Notes under the pieces: generated by a model
The model's input: only the letters and a program-made list of their open reading frames with translations
Databases searched by the model: none
What the model was told of the DNA's origin: nothing
Source of the DNA: Ignicoccus islandicus DSM 13165
GTDB taxonomy: Archaea; Thermoproteota; Thermoprotei_A; Sulfolobales; Ignicoccaceae
Direction of reading: 5' to 3'
NCBI RefSeq assembly: GCF_001481685.1
Contig: NZ_CP006867.1
Coordinates: forward strand, 1,290,001-1,322,000
Length of the DNA: 32,000 bases
Part shown: piece by piece, positions 30,292-32,000 of the stretch
How the letters are laid out: the number at the start of each line of letters is the position of its first letter
Position numbering within the stretch: the stretch's first letter is position 1
Translations under genes and position numbers: made by a program

Positions 30292-30768
30292 CTACTTTAC
30301 ACTTATAAAGTACGTCTCAATGAAAGCTGCGATCAATAAATATAATATGCCTTTCAGAAAGGATCTCTTACTTCCTTTGAGAGCTAAGGCGTATGCGTAA
30401 AGTTCCAAAATTGTATGGGCACCTAATATGACCGATAAAGGGTAACTTTTCGAAATATGCCTAGCCACTAATGCAGTAATGGTTATTACGTATCCTAAAT
30501 AGAGCTCCTTAAGTAAGGCAGTTAAGGTTAATACAAGGAAATTGTTTGTGAAAATCTTCACATAGATCTCAAGAGCACTACCAACGATTAAATTCTCGAT
30601 GCGTTCGTACGCCATCCTCGAAAGGAATGTTTCACATCTCCCTATTGATGCTACTGCTGCTATCGTAACCCATTCAACCAAAGTTATCTTCAAAGGATCC
30701 AACTTCCTTAATCGAAGACCGTAGTATATGAGAGATACCGTGATGGGCACTAGTTCACAGAGTATCAA
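30292..30768 (-). CDS. Minimal SpoIIM-like (stage II sporulation protein M family) membrane protein
   Basis: Multiple TM segments; FTNNFLVLTLTALLKELYLGYVITITALVARH, VILGAHTILELYAYALAL, LLIAAFIETYF resemble the SpoIIM pattern (NNxxVA..., HGxxELxA, AAFIEAxI). Confidence 0.55.
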   Translation of the reverse strand: MILCELVPITVSLIYYGLRLRKLDPLKITLVEWVTIAAVASIGRCETFLSRMAYERIENLIVGSALEIYVKIFTNNFLVLTLTALLKELYLGYVITITALVARHISKSYPLSVILGAHTILELYAYALALKGSKRSFLKGILYLLIAAFIETYFISVK

Positions 30769-30771
30769 CTA

Positions 30772-31194
30772 TCATCCACCATATGGAACTAATAAGAGGA
30801 TTCCCTCTCGAATTGCCTTGTTTAAAGATGAGGTTTCAATGTAAACGGATATTGGAAGCCATGGTTCTGGTGTAAAACCAGATAAGGAATATGATAAGGT
30901 AATCCATCCGTTCGTATACTTCACTTCTTTGATACTTCGATTAGTACTAACTAACTTCAACATAGTAGGGCATTCATATAGAATTGAGTATGCTCTCGTC
31001 CCCCATACGTGATATCCCCAGCCTTTGCAATTTCCATATACTCTGATAGAAGGATCGTGTTCTACTATAATACATTTCTTCTCATCATTTTCCAATAGGA
31101 TGGAAACTATCTCAACGTCTTCTTTACCTTCTAACATCTTCTCTATTTTGATATGACGACAGTTTCCCTTACTCTTTCCCTTTAACATAATCAA
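30772..31194 (-). CDS. Hypothetical protein, Cys-containing, no recognised family
   Basis: 140 aa open frame directly upstream of the SpoIIM-like gene, same strand, 3 nt apart. Confidence 0.5.
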   Translation of the reverse strand: MIMLKGKSKGNCRHIKIEKMLEGKEDVEIVSILLENDEKKCIIVEHDPSIRVYGNCKGWGYHVWGTRAYSILYECPTMLKLVSTNRSIKEVKYTNGWITLSYSLSGFTPEPWLPISVYIETSSLNKAIREGILLLVPYGG

Positions 31195-31242
31195 TGGACA
31201 CCAACCAAAATCAATAAGTTCATAATATTAAGGCAATAACGC

Positions 31243-32000
31243 ATGTCCTTTAAGGGTACAACTGATTTGCCATGGCTTAGCATCAGAGATAAAGACGACG
31301 AGGATATACCGGTTCCGTATCCGTTTATAACCAAAATGGGTGTCAGTGATCTCTATATAATAGTACTTAAAATAGATCTAAACGTCTATACGCAACTAAT
31401 AAGATCGTTACTAGACTACTTGTACAACAAAGGTGTTGATGTAATTCATATAGTTAGAGGTAACATCGATGCTAAGAGTAAGTCGATTACGTATATATTA
31501 TTGGTAAATATGAAAAACGCCACAACGAACATCGAGGCACTGAAAGAGGATCTACGAAAGATAGATGGAGTAAAGAAGGTTATAGTCGGTAGCGAAAGAT
31601 TGTCCGACATACTGTTATTTCCAAACGCATTCCCTATCTTTACTTTCGAAAGAAGCATAATAATTCCATTGACAATGATTAAAGCGTTCTTTAACGCAAT
31701 AGCTGCCTACTTCAAACAACCGGCATTAGCCGCGAGCACATTATATCAACTTGGATTTAGAATAGGGTTTTCGCTCACTGAATTCTTAAGCGAAACGAGT
31801 GGTCATACAGGCGAAGTGCTATTGAGGGACGTTTTGGATTTCCTAAAAGCACAAGGCATAGGGTCCTTCGAATACAAGGCGAGAAATCTGGGGACACCTA
31901 AAGGTGAAATCATTATAAAAATGACGCATGGCATAGAAACTGCTGCTTCAAACTTGCCAGCGCCTAGATGTCATCTAACTAGAGGCATATTGAGTGGGGT
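31243..32000 (+). CDS. N-terminal ACT-like domain plus V4R (4-vinyl reductase-like small-molecule-binding) domain protein, 3' truncated by window edge
   Basis: ATG frame open to the window end, absent from the ORF track. MSFKGTTDLPWLSIRDKDDEDIPVPYPFITKMGVSDLYIIVLKIDL...TTNIEALKEDLRKIDGVKKVIVGSERL (ACT-like), then SIIIPLTMIKAFFNAIAAYF...SASTLYQLGFRIGFSLTEFL...GILSGV- with C..L.RGILSG of V4R. Confidence 0.7.
   Translation, partial: MSFKGTTDLPWLSIRDKDDEDIPVPYPFITKMGVSDLYIIVLKIDLNVYTQLIRSLLDYLYNKGVDVIHIVRGNIDAKSKSITYILLVNMKNATTNIEALKEDLRKIDGVKKVIVGSERLSDILLFPNAFPIFTFERSIIIPLTMIKAFFNAIAAYFKQPALAASTLYQLGFRIGFSLTEFLSETSGHTGEVLLRDVLDFLKAQGIGSFEYKARNLGTPKGEIIIKMTHGIETAASNLPAPRCHLTRGILSG

Overview
Gene-dense chromosomal window from a hyperthermophilic archaeon, probably Thermoproteota/Crenarchaeota-like (inferred from gene content; no rRNA to confirm). 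Most genes are housekeeping: UbiA-family prenyltransferase (truncated at left edge), HisG, cytidylate kinase, Mrp/ApbC, mevalonate kinase, ribosomal protein S30e, threonine synthase, ATP-dependent DNA ligase, PurM, TiaS, prephenate dehydratase, SpeD, a creatininase-family amidohydrolase, family B DNA polymerase, FEN1, CDC48/VAT, AcnX (both subunits), TPI, SBDS and MoaA. I see no CRISPR array, transposon, rRNA, tRNA or intein. Three coding features are absent from or truncated in the supplied ORF track: the S30e gene (5576..5722), the left-edge UbiA extension (1..579) and a right-edge ACT-like/V4R protein (31243..>32000). Points most worth a second look: moaA homology extending upstream of any canonical start codon; a membrane-anchored Regnase/Zc3h12a-like NYN nuclease; an MqnA-like protein; a TiaS with an altered DDTD motif; a predicted secreted HELTH metallopeptidase paired with an orphan propeller-like protein; a GC-rich intergenic segment; and a pattern in which all eight convergent gene pairs overlap, abut or nearly abut. 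I do not see strong evidence for a new multi-gene defence or mobile system.
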